DNA of 40,497 nt, from the NCBI RefSeq assembly GCF_001194135.2, contig NC_068981.1:22046023-22086519 (forward strand). Reading direction: 5' to 3'. Shown here piece by piece: positions 1 to 13,428 of this stretch; within the stretch, counting starts at the first letter, position 1, and the number at the start of each line of letters is the position of its first letter. This DNA comes from Octopus bimaculoides (Eukaryota). Below the pieces are notes generated by a model. That model was not told the origin of the DNA and ran no database searches. It saw only the letters and a program-made list of their open reading frames with translations. The position numbers and the translations under genes are program-made.

Positions 1-31
1 ATATATATACATATATATACATATATGTATA

Positions 32-84
<53 letters not shown>

Positions 85-85
<1 letters not shown>

Positions 86-412
86 CTTTTCTTTTCTTTT
101 ACTTGTTTCAGTTATGTTGTGACTTCAGCCATGCTGGAGCACCACCTTGAAGGTCTTTTAGTCGAACAAATCGACCCCAGGACTTATATTTTTCAAAAAC
201 CTAGTACTTATTCTATCAGTCTCTTATTGCCGAACTGTTAAGTAATGAGAACATCAGTGCACCGACACTGGTTGTCAAATGGTGATGGGGAGACAAACAC
301 AGACACAAAGACACACACACACATAGACACTAACCAAAGATGCCATGCAGTAGGACTGAACCCAGAACCATGTGGTTGGGAAGCAAGCTTCTTTCCACAC
401 AGTCACTCCTGC
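85..412 (-). mobile_element. tRNA-derived SINE family B, internally deleted copy
   Basis: The tail/body matches the reverse complement of the full copy at 26329-26742 (gccatgctggagcacc, gtcgaacaaatcgaccccagg). The head is at about 340-412 and the ccttgggcaag segment is missing. Confidence 0.8.
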
Positions 413-413
413 A

Positions 414-467
<54 letters not shown>

Positions 468-1526
468 CACACACATATATACATATACACTCATCCAGTA
501 TGGAGACAGTTTACCAACAAGTGAAATACTTGAAAAATTGTGAAGTTTCTGACTGAAACCATTGGTAGCATTGTTAATCCACAAATAAAGGATATATTCA
601 TCCCTGACAATTACAAAATCTTCTACTTCTGAAACCCTTTGGGTATTCAGACAACACCCAAAACAGCAAAATCTGTACCTGATATACCCCCCACCCCATA
701 AAATATAGCATGAATACCCCCAGGGGTGCAGCAGAGTCCCTTAGGAATATACCAATGTGTAAGACCACAATGGTAAAAATACAACAGCTTTTACTGAAAC
801 AAAAACATTAACCACTCACAGCTATTGAATACCCAGGGGTGGGGTTAACAGAGGCAAGAGCTGTGGGATAACATTTGAATGAGGGACAACAATATAGGTG
901 AAATAACAGGGTGGGGCTATAGTTAAGGGGTAACAGTAGAAGAGTTAACAAGAGAGATTGGGTTAAGATGAACCATAGTTGATGGGAAATAGGATAAACT
1001 GTGTAGGTATGATACAGAACAGGGATAATATGTTACAGCAGTAGAATGATAACAAGAACAAGAATAAAGATGGAGGTAATAAGAATATGGGGTAAGGAAA
1101 ATGGTGAAGGGGTTAAAAAGAGGAACTAAAAAGAAGAAGGGGAGTGCAGGGCATGTTAACAATGGAGGAAGGGGACAACTGAATGTAGGAAGAGCAACGA
1201 GGGTAAAGAAGGACAACAATAACAAAAATACAGGGATAACATGAAGATAGAGGTGTAGGGTGTAAGGGAAAGAGAAGGGGAGATAACAGTGAAAAGGGCA
1301 AAAGCAAATAAGTGGGACAACAAAATGGAGATTATGGTCAACTGGTCAGTTGAAAAAGGGGTCAACTTGTATTAATGAAAATAAAGGCAACAGCATTTAA
1401 TTATTAGCACCAGATATCTTTTGCTGGACCTGAAGGGGCTATGGTGGGAGTAGTGGTCACAGTGGTGGTAGCACAAGGCACCTATGTCAGGTTATACATA
1501 CACACACATATGTATGTATGTATAAT

Positions 1527-1660
1527 GACAGGATTCCATACAGTTTCCATCTACCAAATTCACTCACAAGGCATTGGTCAAGCTGGGGGTTATAGTAGAA
1601 GACATAGGTGGTGCACAGTGGGACTGAATACAAGATTATATGATTGCAAAGCAAGCTGCA
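1527..1660 (-). mobile_element. SINE family B, degenerate 5' half
   Basis: cagtttccatctaccaaattcactcacaagg...tatagtagaagaca...cagtgggactgaa matches family B. Confidence 0.7.
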
Positions 1661-1783
1661 TATATGTGTGTGTGTGTGCTTGATGCATATGTGGATGTGA
1701 GTGTGCATGCACACTTGATTGTCTGTATATAGAAATATATTAACATGTGTGTGTATGCGCATGTGTTGTGTGTGTATATATAA

Positions 1784-1867
<84 letters not shown>

Positions 1868-2324
1868 CTATACATATAAACTATTATATTGTGTTGAATG
1901 CTCACAAATGTCTGATATGAACTGTTTGTGTGAAACTCTGAGTAACAAATTGTGTAGGTTTATCAGCTTTAATAAAATAACATTTTACTCTACTTTTGGT
2001 ATTTGAGTACTATTTTCACCACCGTGTTTTGCACCTATGTGCTCATGTGTATATGTGTATGTATACGTACACACACACACACATCACCATCATCATCATT
2101 ATTATTGTATCTGAATCTTCCATGCCGGCAGGAGTCGGTCAAGACTTCTTGAGGGAGTAATCTAAGCCTGGATGCCCTTCCTTATATCAACTCATGTTTT
2201 CAAGGAGGGTACTTTCTTCCAGTCTATAGACATGTCCCAGTACCCTAGAAGATATTTTACTTACGACAAACATAAACAATACCACTGCTCTTTAGTCATA
2301 TTAACACAAAGTAACATGGGTTAA

Positions 2325-2602
2325 CACAGGTAAAAGTTACAGGGGATGTAAACACACCAACATCGGTTGTCAAGCGATAGTGGGGGGGGACAAACACAGA
2401 CACACAAACATATAAATATATATACATAGATACGACAGGCTTCTTTCAGTTTCCATCTACCAAATTCACTCACAAGGCTTTGGTCAGCCCAGGGCTGTAG
2501 CAGAAGACACTTGCCCAAGGTGTCACGCAGTGGGAGTGAACCCGGAACCATGTGGTTGGCAAGCAAGCTTCTTACCACACAACCATGCCTGTGCCTGTAT
2601 AC

Positions 2603-2635
<33 letters not shown>

Positions 2636-2644
2636 CATATATAC

Positions 2645-2676
<32 letters not shown>

Positions 2677-3093
2677 GCATATATACTTTTATCTTTCACT
2701 TTTTTTAATCATTAGACTTCAGCCATGCTGGAGCACCGCCTTGAGACTTGAAGAATACTTCGTCAAATGAATTGGCTGCAGTACTTTCTTTTTCCAAAGC
2801 CTGGTACTTATTCTATCAATCTCTCTTACTGAACTGCTAAGTTACAGGGATGTAAACACACCAACACCAGTTGTCAAGTGGTGGTTGGGGGACAAACAGA
2901 GACACTAGGATATACACACGCATAAATATATAAGACAGGCTTCTTTCAGTTTCCATCTAGAAAATCCACTCAGAAGTGTTTGGTTGGCCCAAGGCTATAG
3001 TAGAAAACACATGCCGAAGGTACCACACACTGGGACTGAACATGGAACCAAATGGTTCGGAAGCAGGCTTCTTACCACACAGTCATGCCTGTG
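2325..3093 (-). mobile_element. Two tandem SINE family B copies (about 2325-2597 and 2690-3093)
   Basis: Both show the tRNA-like head (reverse complement of ggctgtgtggtaag...ggttcagtccc), the ccttgggcaagtgtctt core and an internal (TA)n/(CA)n tract. Confidence 0.85.
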
Positions 3094-3134
3094 TCTACAC
3101 ACAGACAGACAGACAGACAGATAGATAGATATGT

Positions 3135-3425
3135 GAAGGTGCATGACCTAGTGGTTAGGGTATTGCATTCATGACCAGGAAATCCTGGTTTCAATTCTCA
3201 ACCAGCTGTGTGTGGTGTTCTTGAGCAAAGCACTTCATTTCCCGTTGTTCCAGGCAACTCAACTAAATGGATAATCTTGTGATGGAATAGCCTTCCAATC
3301 AGGGGCAATGTTGGCCTGCTCACCCAGCCAGTGGGGTGGCATCATTCAAAAGCTAAACTAATGCAAATCGCATTGTGACTAGCGATGTATAACAATGTCT
3401 GATAGTCTGGTCAATACGGTGATAC
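3135..3425 (+). mobile_element. tRNA-derived SINE family D
   Basis: A-box-like tgacctagtggttagg and B-box-like ggtttcaattc, followed by cttgagcaaagcacttc and gtgatggaatagccttccaatcagggg, which resemble conserved central domains of metazoan SINE superfamilies. Confidence 0.65.
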
Positions 3426-3779
3426 ACACACACAAACTCACACATCTATACATATACACAAAATATATATGTATTCATGCACACACGCACACACTGAATT
3501 AACCGGAAATGTAAACCTCAAAGGTTTGAATCAGGAAGTGAGTGTTTGTGACCCCTCATAAGTGCTGGTCCCTAAATACCTTGACATTCAGTGTTAAACT
3601 AGCACATGATGAAAATCAGTCCTATCAGCACCAACACCACCATGACCACCACCAAAATATATGACAAGAATAAATTACTAAATATAGCCTGGACCGAGAT
3701 ACCTGGCACCTTGCTGTCTTCAAGAAGACCTGTCCTCCACAGCGGAAGTGTTAAGGCTGCATCCCCTGGTGAAGGTGAT

Positions 3780-4014
3780 TGACCTGCATGGGTCCTGTGC
3801 TGGTCCCACATAAAAGCGCTTGTGTTGGTCACATGTTAAAAGCACCCAGCACGCAGTGTAAAATGGTTGGCATTAGGAAGGGCATCCAGCCATAAGAAAC
3901 CATGCCATATCAGACTGGAACTTGGCACAGCTTCCCAGTTCTGGTCAAACCATTCAACACATACCAGCAGAGAAAACAAGCATTAAAAAAATGATGATGA
4001 TGATGATGATGATG
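3780..4014 (+). mobile_element. SINE with a Nin/Deu-like central domain and (ATG)n tail
   Basis: ggttggcattaggaagggcatccagc at 3865-3890 and a terminal (atg)n at about 3991-4014. A minus-strand relative (ggatgcccttcc) lies near 2100-2200. Confidence 0.65.
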
Positions 4015-5178
4015 GGAGAGGGGCATAGTGACATGGTGTGAAACAAATTGTGATTGTAACAATAACAACAGGATTAACAAAAATGACAACAGCAACTATA
4101 ACAAAAAGCAACACCAATGAAGATGAGCCTACGAAGAAGCCTCTGAGTGGCCATGCCACCTGCTACAAATAGAAACCAAATTCCCCTCAGACCATACCCA
4201 CCATATCATCTGAGAAAAGACGATAATGTTAATCTAAGTTTGGCATGAGGTCAAATTTGGAAGGGAATGGGTAAATCATTGGCCCTCGTACTTGACGAGT
4301 ACTTTAATCTTATTGACCTGACAGGATGAAAGGCCAATCAATCTCAGCAAAATTCAGAATCAGAATGTGTGTGTGTGTGCATGGAAACATACACACACAC
4401 ACACACGTGCACGCACACACACACATATATATTTGAGTCACAGTATATGAATTCAATTAATCCAGTAGAACTCATAAAAAAAAAAATCCTTAATGTATCA
4501 TTCATTGTACAAACCATAGAGAATATATAGTAATATACAAGAGAAAAGGATAAGGAGTGTATATAATCATAAATATTTCTCTGTCATTTATGACTCTATA
4601 TATATATATATATATGTGTCTATGTATGCTGTTGAGAGCAATTCCTCTTCATTTTTGAATATTTCTTTCTTCTTTTGTAATTCTATGAAAAAGAGATCAG
4701 TGAAGAAATGCTAGTGGAATGGTTTTGACTAAGGTGAACCCCTCACTGTGATTTCAAAGACATCTTTTGGGACACATGTGAAATGTGACATACAGGATCA
4801 TGCAACAGGATTGCAACAGACTGCTGCCAGTCCTGCTTGAATTACACTTTCGTAGTCAGCTTAGCTTTGCCTTCTTAAAATTATGGCAACCACAGAAATT
4901 ATAAGTCATCCTTCACAGGTTCTTCCATTAGGGTTCAAAGGCCATATAGAGGTAGCAGCTGTTACTTAGCGATACACAATATACAGTCTCGTCTTGAACA
5001 TTGGTCCTCACCCTCCAAGGTGACCGGTCATGTTTGGGAAAAGACCTGAGCCTCTGATTTAGTAGTAAGACCATCCCAACTAAAACCTTCACAAGGAGAG
5101 CCTGTTCCCAGTAATCTGGACAGATGTAGAAAGACATGCGCTGAAAAAAATATTCAAAATCTTCATATGTACATATAG

Positions 5179-5219
<41 letters not shown>

Positions 5220-5645
5220 TCAAACATATATACAGTAATAAACAAATGAAGAGAAAAATATGTTAAATGCACTAAATGCACAAAGGGAGAACAAACACAG
5301 AAGGTCACTAATTTCGCATCAGTTATCGGCTTGTGTTGAGTGCAATTTTGTGCCATTATTGGGAAGATGCAACACGCTCCTTATTTTTGATCTATATATG
5401 TGTGTGTGTGTGTACATCTAGATAGAAAGATAGACAGACAGACAAATAGATGTAGACCACATAGTAATCTGTGAAAGGAGCTTTCTGTGATAGCCACATG
5501 AGTCTCTGGAGTTATATCTTACACTTTAAATTTATATATGATGGTCACTCCTGTCAATTTCGATGTATGAGTGTTTGAAGGAGAGGATTTTAAAAAAAAA
5601 TAAATAAAGATGAGAGAACAATTTTAAAAATAAAAGAAGCAGCAT

Positions 5646-5900
5646 CTATTTGCGATGGATGTGTGAATGGAGTTTAAGTCCAGGTAAGAATTTTGCTATG
5701 AAGTCACAATGGGGACACTGATGATTTTGATTTTGCCTGGGATCGGACAAATATGTCTGTTGATTGCAGGATATAATTGTTTCATTGTTCTGTTTCTTCA
5801 CCTCAAATTGTTTTGCTGCATCATGACACGTTTTATGCCATGCAAATTGATCTAGACACTGACTTTCCCGAGATGTCAAATTAAAATGTTGAGACTTTAG
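5646..5900 (-). mobile_element. RTE-clade LINE, 3' ORF fragment
   Basis: Translation ...LDQFAWHKTCHDAAKQFE...QCPHCDFIAKFLPGLKLHSHIHRK resembles the RTE/BovB C-terminus (DR..W...FE...CPxC...GL.SH). Confidence 0.6.
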
Positions 5901-6607
5901 TGATTGCTTCTACTTACTCTTATACCAAAGGAAGGGTCTTCTTTACTGCAGTGTCCCTCTACTTGTTGGCCATACAAAAGAATTTATACATATATACTAT
6001 ATGTATAAATATATGTATGTATATATGTATATGCTAATGTATGCATATATGTAATATGTATGCCAACACGTGTGCATTCTGTCTCTTGTTGAGTAAGGAA
6101 TGAAAAAAAAACCAGTTAAAAATATCAAAAATAAGAAAGCAAACAAATAATACAAAAGAAAAAAAGAAAAACAAGAACAAAATTTAAAAACAAACAAAAT
6201 ATGTTGTTTAATGACTAGATTTTGGGGTGGAGGTCAGAGGTCAAGTGGTAGAAGGAGTGAAAGAGAAGAAGGGTCTGGAGACGGGGGGGGGGAGAGAGAG
6301 AGAGTGAGAAGGGGAGAGGGATCCAGTGAGATTGTGTTGAAAGTGAGGGGTGGAGTGATGCAGTGGGTGAAAGAGAATGTTAACTGTGAATATTTTTTGT
6401 TAACCTTAAATGTGAAGCTGGAACAATCTCCTTAACCACCCCTGCCCCACCAAACACCTCTATGCATGCTTTATTTTTTTTTAATATTTTTCTGCTGAAC
6501 AACATGTGCATCTTTGTAAACTTCACCAAGAAGTATTGTATGTAATTCTTATTCCAAGTTAGGTAACTTATGATGTACATCTCATTCCATAAATAATAAT
6601 AATAATA

Positions 6608-7099
6608 ATCCTTTCTACTATAGGCATAAGGCCTGAAAATTTGGAGCAGGGGTAAGTTGATTACATCGACCCTAGTACTTCACTGGTACTTGTTTCATTG
6701 ACCCCGAAAGGATGAAAGGTAAAGTCAACCACAGTGAAATTTGAACTCAGAATGTAAAAACAGACAAAAAACAGCTAACAATTTTACCTGTTCGCCACCT
6801 TTAAAAAATTGTCTCCATAAAGCCTCCAGTGAGAATTGAACATGTGATTTTTGGTTTTCAAGACCAGTGCTCTAACCCCTGAATAATAATGGTTACAAAT
6901 TTTGACACAAGGTCAGCAGTTTCAGAGAAGGACTAAGTCAGTTACATTGACCCCAGAGCATAACTGGTGCTTAATTTATCAACCCCGAAAGGATGAAAGG
7001 CAAAGTTGACCTTGGCAGAAATTGAACATAGAATGTGAAAATGGACAAAATTCCACTAAGCATTTCGCCTGATTGCTAATGGTTCTGCCAGCTATAATA

Positions 7100-7132
<33 letters not shown>

Positions 7133-7836
7133 CCTTTCTACTAAAGCACAAAGCCTGAAATTTTGGTGGGAGGAGACTAGGCGATTACATCAACCCCAGT
7201 ACGCAACTGGTACTTATTTTATTGACACTGAAAGTCGACTGGGGTGGAATTTGAACACAAGAATGTAAAGACAGATAAAATACCGCAAAGCATTTTGGCC
7301 AGTATGCTAACGTTTCCCCCAATTCACCACCTTAATAATAATAATAATAATAATAATAATCCTTTCTATTGGAAGCACAAGGCTTCAAATTTGAGGGAAG
7401 GGATTATGTCGATTACATCGACCCCAGTACGCAACTGGTACTTAATTTAATGACCCCCAATAATAATGGTAACTGTAGTAATTGGTGCAGTTGGCACAAC
7501 ACCCAAAATACTATTTAAAAAACTGAAAGTGATTACATCGACCCCAGTACACAACTGGTACTTATTTCAATGACCCTGAAAGGATGAAAGGCAGAATCAA
7601 CCTTAGTGGAATTTGAACTCAGAATGTAGTGACGGGCGATTTTTGCTATAAGGGGATGAGTCAATTACAGCGACCCCAGTGTTCAACTGGTACTTGTTTT
7701 AACGACCCCGAAAGAACGAAAGGTAAAGTGGACCTTGGCAGAATTTGAACTCAGGACGTACAGACAAATGAAATGCTGCTAAGTATTGTGCTTGGTGCAC
7801 TAACAATTCCGCTAGCTTGCAATTGTAGAAATAAAA

Positions 7837-7886
<50 letters not shown>

Positions 7887-8119
7887 CCTTTCTACTATAT
7901 GCACAAGGCCTGAAATTTTAGGGGAGAGGATGAGTCAATTACATCAACCCCAGTGTTTCACTGGTACTTAATTTATCGACCCCCTGAAAGAATGAAAAGC
8001 GAAGTCAACCTCGGCAGAATTTGAACTCAGAATCTAGCGACGGGTGAAATACTGCTAAGCATTTCGTCCAGTGTGCTAACAATTCTGCCAGCTCACTGCC
8101 TTTATGATGACAATGATGG

Positions 8120-8179
<60 letters not shown>

Positions 8180-9625
8180 GCTAATCAAAAATGCTTATAA
8201 AAACCTTATAATTTGCAGAAAAAGACTTTGTGAGACCTCTGACAACAGGCTGCCGTTTGCTCTCACAGAATTGAATCAACCATAAGACTAAGAGCTCTGG
8301 GAAGTAAAATAATAATGATAATAATAATAATAATGGTGGTTTCTAACATAGGCACACAGTAACATATATGTACGTAAGTGTATGTGGTGGGGGAGAAAGT
8401 TAGTAAACTAAAATATCTTTGACTGGTTCTTAAATGTTTTGATAGTACCTGGCCAGTAGGAAGCAAATCAAATTCAGGCTTGCCAGGATTTGAACCTATA
8501 ATGTAGAGAGTCGTAACTAAGTAACGTCAAACCAACCAATCAAGTCTGCCACATCACTTCCTGAACAATAACAACAACAGCAGCAACAACAACAACAACA
8601 ACAACGTTATGTTGATGTTAGGTGTAATCTATTACTATTGAGGTGGTGGTGGTGGTGGTGGTGACGGTGGTAAGATGATGTCGTGGTCTTCAGACATTTC
8701 TCAAAGACACTAGCAGCAAAGAAATGTTTTATTTACAACCAGGGAAAAAAAATCAAGACACACACTCACACACTGACCAAAAACCCACCACCATCACAAT
8801 CACAGCCTCCTTGCCCCATCCCACATCCCCCTCAAGTAACCCTCAAGCAACATAAAAAAAAAAATTAAAGTAACCCTACAAGATTAAGCTCATCCAGCTA
8901 GAAACACCAGCCACATCACATGCTACAGCTTGAAAATAAAGAAGGACACATCAGTAAACAGAACAAATGTGGTCCATGATAGACAACAAATTTTTTTTTT
9001 TTAAATGAAAACCGATGGGATGGTCACGGTTGGAACGTCTTTGATCCAAGATTTGCTTTTGTCTGCTCGTCTGACCAGAGTTGACTGGGGTAGGGGGTAG
9101 GTGTAACAACAACAACAACAACAGCAACAACAATGATAATAATGTTTCTAACGTAGGTTAAAGGGCCAGAAATTCTGAAAGGAGGGGCCAGTTAATTGAT
9201 TAAGTCCATCATAGCCACGCTGTCCCAGTATGTATCCCGTGCTTTTAATCTTATTGACCTTATAAGGATAAAAGGCCAAGCTGACCTCGGCTGGGTTTGG
9301 ACACAGAGCAATAAAGAAACAAAACAAAACACCGAAACCGCATCCTTGTCTGATAATCTAACGACCCAGCCACACCACTGCCCTGACAATAATAATAATA
9401 ATGATAATGGTTTCAAATTTTGCCACAAGGGCAGTAATTTTGAGGGAGAGGGATAGTCGATCACATCGACCCCAGTACATAACTGGTACTTAATTTATTG
9501 ACCCCGAAAGGATGAAAGGCAAAGTCGACTCCAGCAGCATTTGAACTCACAATGTGAACACTGACAATATACCGTTAGGCGTTTCACCCAGTGTGCTAAT
9601 GATTCTGCCTTCAATAATAATGATG

Positions 9626-9661
<36 letters not shown>

Positions 9662-10449
9662 GATTCTGATTTATGCACAAGGCCAGCAGTCTTAAGGATA
9701 GGAGTTTAGTCGATACCAGATACCATCCATCCATCCATCCCAGTACTTCGACTGGTACTTTAATGATTGACCCCAAAAGGATGAGAAGCTAAGATGACCA
9801 CAATGAGATTTGAACTCGTGACACAAACAGCCAGAAGAAATAATGCAAGGCATTTCATTCTGTTTAATATTCTAATGAATCTGCCCGGCAACCACCCTGA
9901 CCATAACAAGGCCAGCAACTTTGAGGGGAGGGGGAGAGAGGCGGGGCTGGTGGGTTAGTCGGTACCTTCGACCCTTATACTTGACTGGTACTATTTTACC
10001 AAACCCTAGTGTTTTATTTTATCAACTCCCAGAAGAATGAAAGGCAAAGTTTGACCTTGGCGTGATTTGAACTCAGAACATAGAGAACTACAAGAAATAT
10101 AGCAAAGCGTTTTCCCACAATGCTCTGGTGATTCTGCCAAACTACCACTCTGATAATGATGACGATGATGATGATGACAATGGTGATGGTGATGATGATA
10201 GTAGTAATAAGATTAATAGTAACGATAATGGTTTCAAATTTTGGCACAAGACCAGCAGTTTTGAAGGGAGGGGGAAGTGGATTAGTTTGACCCCAGCGCA
10301 TGACTGGTACTTTATTTTATCAATCCTGGAGGGAGAGAAGGCAAAGTTGACCATGGTAGAATTTGAACTCAGAACATAGCAACGGATGAAATGCTGCTAA
10401 GCATTTTTGCCTGGCATGCAAACAATTCTACCAACTCACTGCCTTACCG

Positions 10450-10485
<36 letters not shown>

Positions 10486-10973
10486 CTTTCCATTATAAGC
10501 ACAAGGCCTGAAATTTGGGGGAGGGAGCTTGTCAATTATATCAACCCCAGTGTGTAACTGGTACTTGATTTATTGACCCCGAAAGGATGAAAGGCAAAGT
10601 CGACCTTGGTGGGATTTGAACTCAGAATGCAGTGGCAGACGAAATACCGCTAAGCATTTCGCCCAGCACACTGACGCTTCTGCCAACTCACCACCTTAAT
10701 AATAATAATAATAATCCTTTCTACTATAGGCACAAGGCCTGGATTTTGTTTGTGTGTGGGGGGGAGGGTACAATTGATCACATTGCTCTCCTCAGTATAT
10801 GACTGGTACTTAGTTTATCGACCCCTGAAAGGAAAAAAAGGNNNNNNNNNNNNNNNNNNNNNNNNNNNNNNNNNNNGGCGGAATTTGAACTCAGAACGTA
10901 GTGACAGGTAAAATGCCGCTCAGCATTCTGCCCGGCATGCTAAAGATTCTGCCAGCTCACCGTCATAATAATG

Positions 10974-11009
<36 letters not shown>

Positions 11010-11254
11010 CTTTTGTTTTTTGTCAAATACAATCCAGGAAAAACTTTACATTGACAGAAAAGAGAGAGAGAGAGAAGGAAGAGAGAGGGAAAGCTGGAGA
11101 GAGAGAGAGAGAGATAGAGAGAGAGAGAGGGGGTAGGGAGATAGACAAGTGAAGGGTGTGGTGATGGCGGTGTAGAGAAAGAAAACAAGAAGTTGTGACA
11201 TTTATGTGGTTGTGAATAATAATAATAACAACAATAATAATAATAATAATAATA

Positions 11255-11285
<31 letters not shown>

Positions 11286-11754
11286 TAATCATAATAATAA
11301 CTTTTCCTCTTATAGGCACGAAGCCTGAAATAGGGGTTGGGGGAGGGGATGGAGAGAGGGAGGTGGTCGATTACATCGATACCCCCCACCCCCGCCAATA
11401 CTTGGTACTTTATTTTATCGACCCCACCCTCTCAAGAAAGGATGAAAGCAGAAGTCAACATTGAGAAAATTAAAAGTTGAACTTGGAACAAAAAGCAAGA
11501 AGGATTTGCCAGCTTACCACCTTTAGCAGTAGTAGTAGTAGTAGTAGTGGTAGTAGTAGTAATCCTTTTCTGCTATAGGCACAGGGCCTAATAATAGTGG
11601 TTTAAAATTTTGCCAGAGCGGCAGCAGTTTTGGGGCAGGGGTGGGGATAGTCGATTACCGACACCAGCAGAGCTTGAACTCAGAACGTAAACACAGAGGA
11701 AAATGATGCTAAGCATTTTGCCCAGCATGTTAACAATTCTGCCAGCTCAACATC

Positions 11755-11792
<38 letters not shown>

Positions 11793-12014
11793 TATGATAA
11801 TAATAATAATTATGATAATTATTATTATTATTATTATTATTATTTCTATTTTAGGCTCAAGGCCTTGAAAATTTTTGGGAGAAGAGGGCAATAGTCGATT
11901 ACATCAACCCCAGTGTGTAACTGGTACTTATTTCATCGACCCTGAAAGGATGGAAAGCAAAGCCGATCTCAGCGGAATTTGAACTCAGAACGTAGCGGCA
12001 ACCGAAATATAATA

Positions 12015-12045
<31 letters not shown>

Positions 12046-12673
12046 GTAATGATAACGATGATAATGATGATGATTATTATTTCCATCACTGACACAATGA
12101 CATAAGGCCATGTGTGGCTTTCTTGGGGTGTCGCGAAGCGGGGGTGTGGTGGGGACGGGAGTGTGGGGGTGGGACACAGCAGATTAAATCGACCACCTCA
12201 CCAATCCCGAACTCTACGATGCCCCACACTCCACTGTGTTTGTCCCAGTATGTGACTGGTACTTTGTATTCTTCATTATTTTTTTTTGTTGTCGACCTCC
12301 TCTGGGTAAGATGAAAAAAAGCAGTTGCCGCCCCTTGGTGGGGGATTCGAAACAATACACTAAAAGTAGGGATAACCAAACAACAGCACATTTTGTCCCA
12401 TGTTCTTCAGAGATTCTGCCAATAGGTGGTCCTTTGTGGCAATAATAATAATAATAATAATCCTTTCTACTATAAGCACAAGGCCTGAAATTTGAGGGTA
12501 GGGGATTAGTCGATTACATTGACCCCAGTACTTGACTGGTACTTATTTCATCCCAAAAGGATGAAAGGCAAAGTCCACCTTGGCAGAATTTGAACTCAGA
12601 ATGTAAAAATGGACGACATGCAGCTAAGCATTTCATCCAATGTGCTAATGACTCTTCTGGCTCACCGCCTTTG

Positions 12674-12709
<36 letters not shown>

Positions 12710-13312
12710 GTTTCAAATTTTGCCACAAGGGCAGTAATTTTTGGGCGGGGACAGGGATGAGTCGATTACATCAACTCCCCAGTGCATAACTGGTACTTAT
12801 TTTATCGACCCCCCCAAAAGGATGAAAGGCAAAGTTGACCTCAGCAGAATTTGAACTCAGAATGTAGAGATGGACGAAACGCCGCTAAGCATTTCGTCCA
12901 GCATGGTAATAACTCTGCTAGCTTGCCGCCTTTAACAATGATAATAATAATAATAATAATAATAATAATAGTAATATTAATGGTGATTTTTTTTTTTTTT
13001 TTACATAGGCACAAGGCCACAGATTTTGTGAGGGCAGGTAATGTAAAGTCGAAATGCACCAATCAACGTAAACCCCCAACCTTGCTGTCCCTCATGTATT
13101 TGGTTGGTAGTTCATGTTTTATTGAACCCTTGTCCCCATGCTCCTCTGAAGAATAAAAGGCAAAGTTGATCTCAGCGGAATTTGAACTTAGAACAGAGAC
13201 AAAAGAAAACAAAAAAAAAAAAAATTTTAAATAGATCGTAAAGAGAACCGTAACTAAATACCACAAGGCATTTTGTCCGTTCAGTGCTCTTTCGATTCTG
13301 CCAATCCACCAG
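6608..13312 (-). repeat. Head-to-tail train of about 20 co-oriented tRNA-derived SINE family A copies separated by (AAT)n
   Basis: A roughly 200-230 bp unit recurs (atcgaccccagt...ctggtactta...gaaaggatgaaaggcaaagtcgacc...gaatttgaactcagaa...ctaagcattt...ctgccagctc.ccgcctt). It is the reverse complement of the copy at 37934-38170. Confidence 0.92.
6821..6883 (-). pseudogene. 5'-truncated tRNA-Thr(TGT)-like pseudogene
   Basis: The reverse complement TCAGGGGTTAGAGCACTGGTCTTGAAAACCAAAAATCACATGTTCAATTCTCACTGGAGGCT aligns by eye to eukaryotic tRNA-Thr(TGT). The 5' acceptor strand is missing and the anticodon loop is altered. Confidence 0.7.
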
Positions 13313-13428
13313 CGTTTTTTTTTGTTTCTTTTTATAATAACCAATAATAATTATAATGAAAATGAGGAGGGGGGGTTGTGTGTGTGTGCTTGTGTGTTTG
13401 AAATATAACATTATATATCCATGGAGAG

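Noticed and set aside
12140-12173. G-quadruplex-like G-run cluster
   Set aside because: It lies in a variable spacer of one SINE copy, and the transcribed strand would be C-rich. There is no sign of function.
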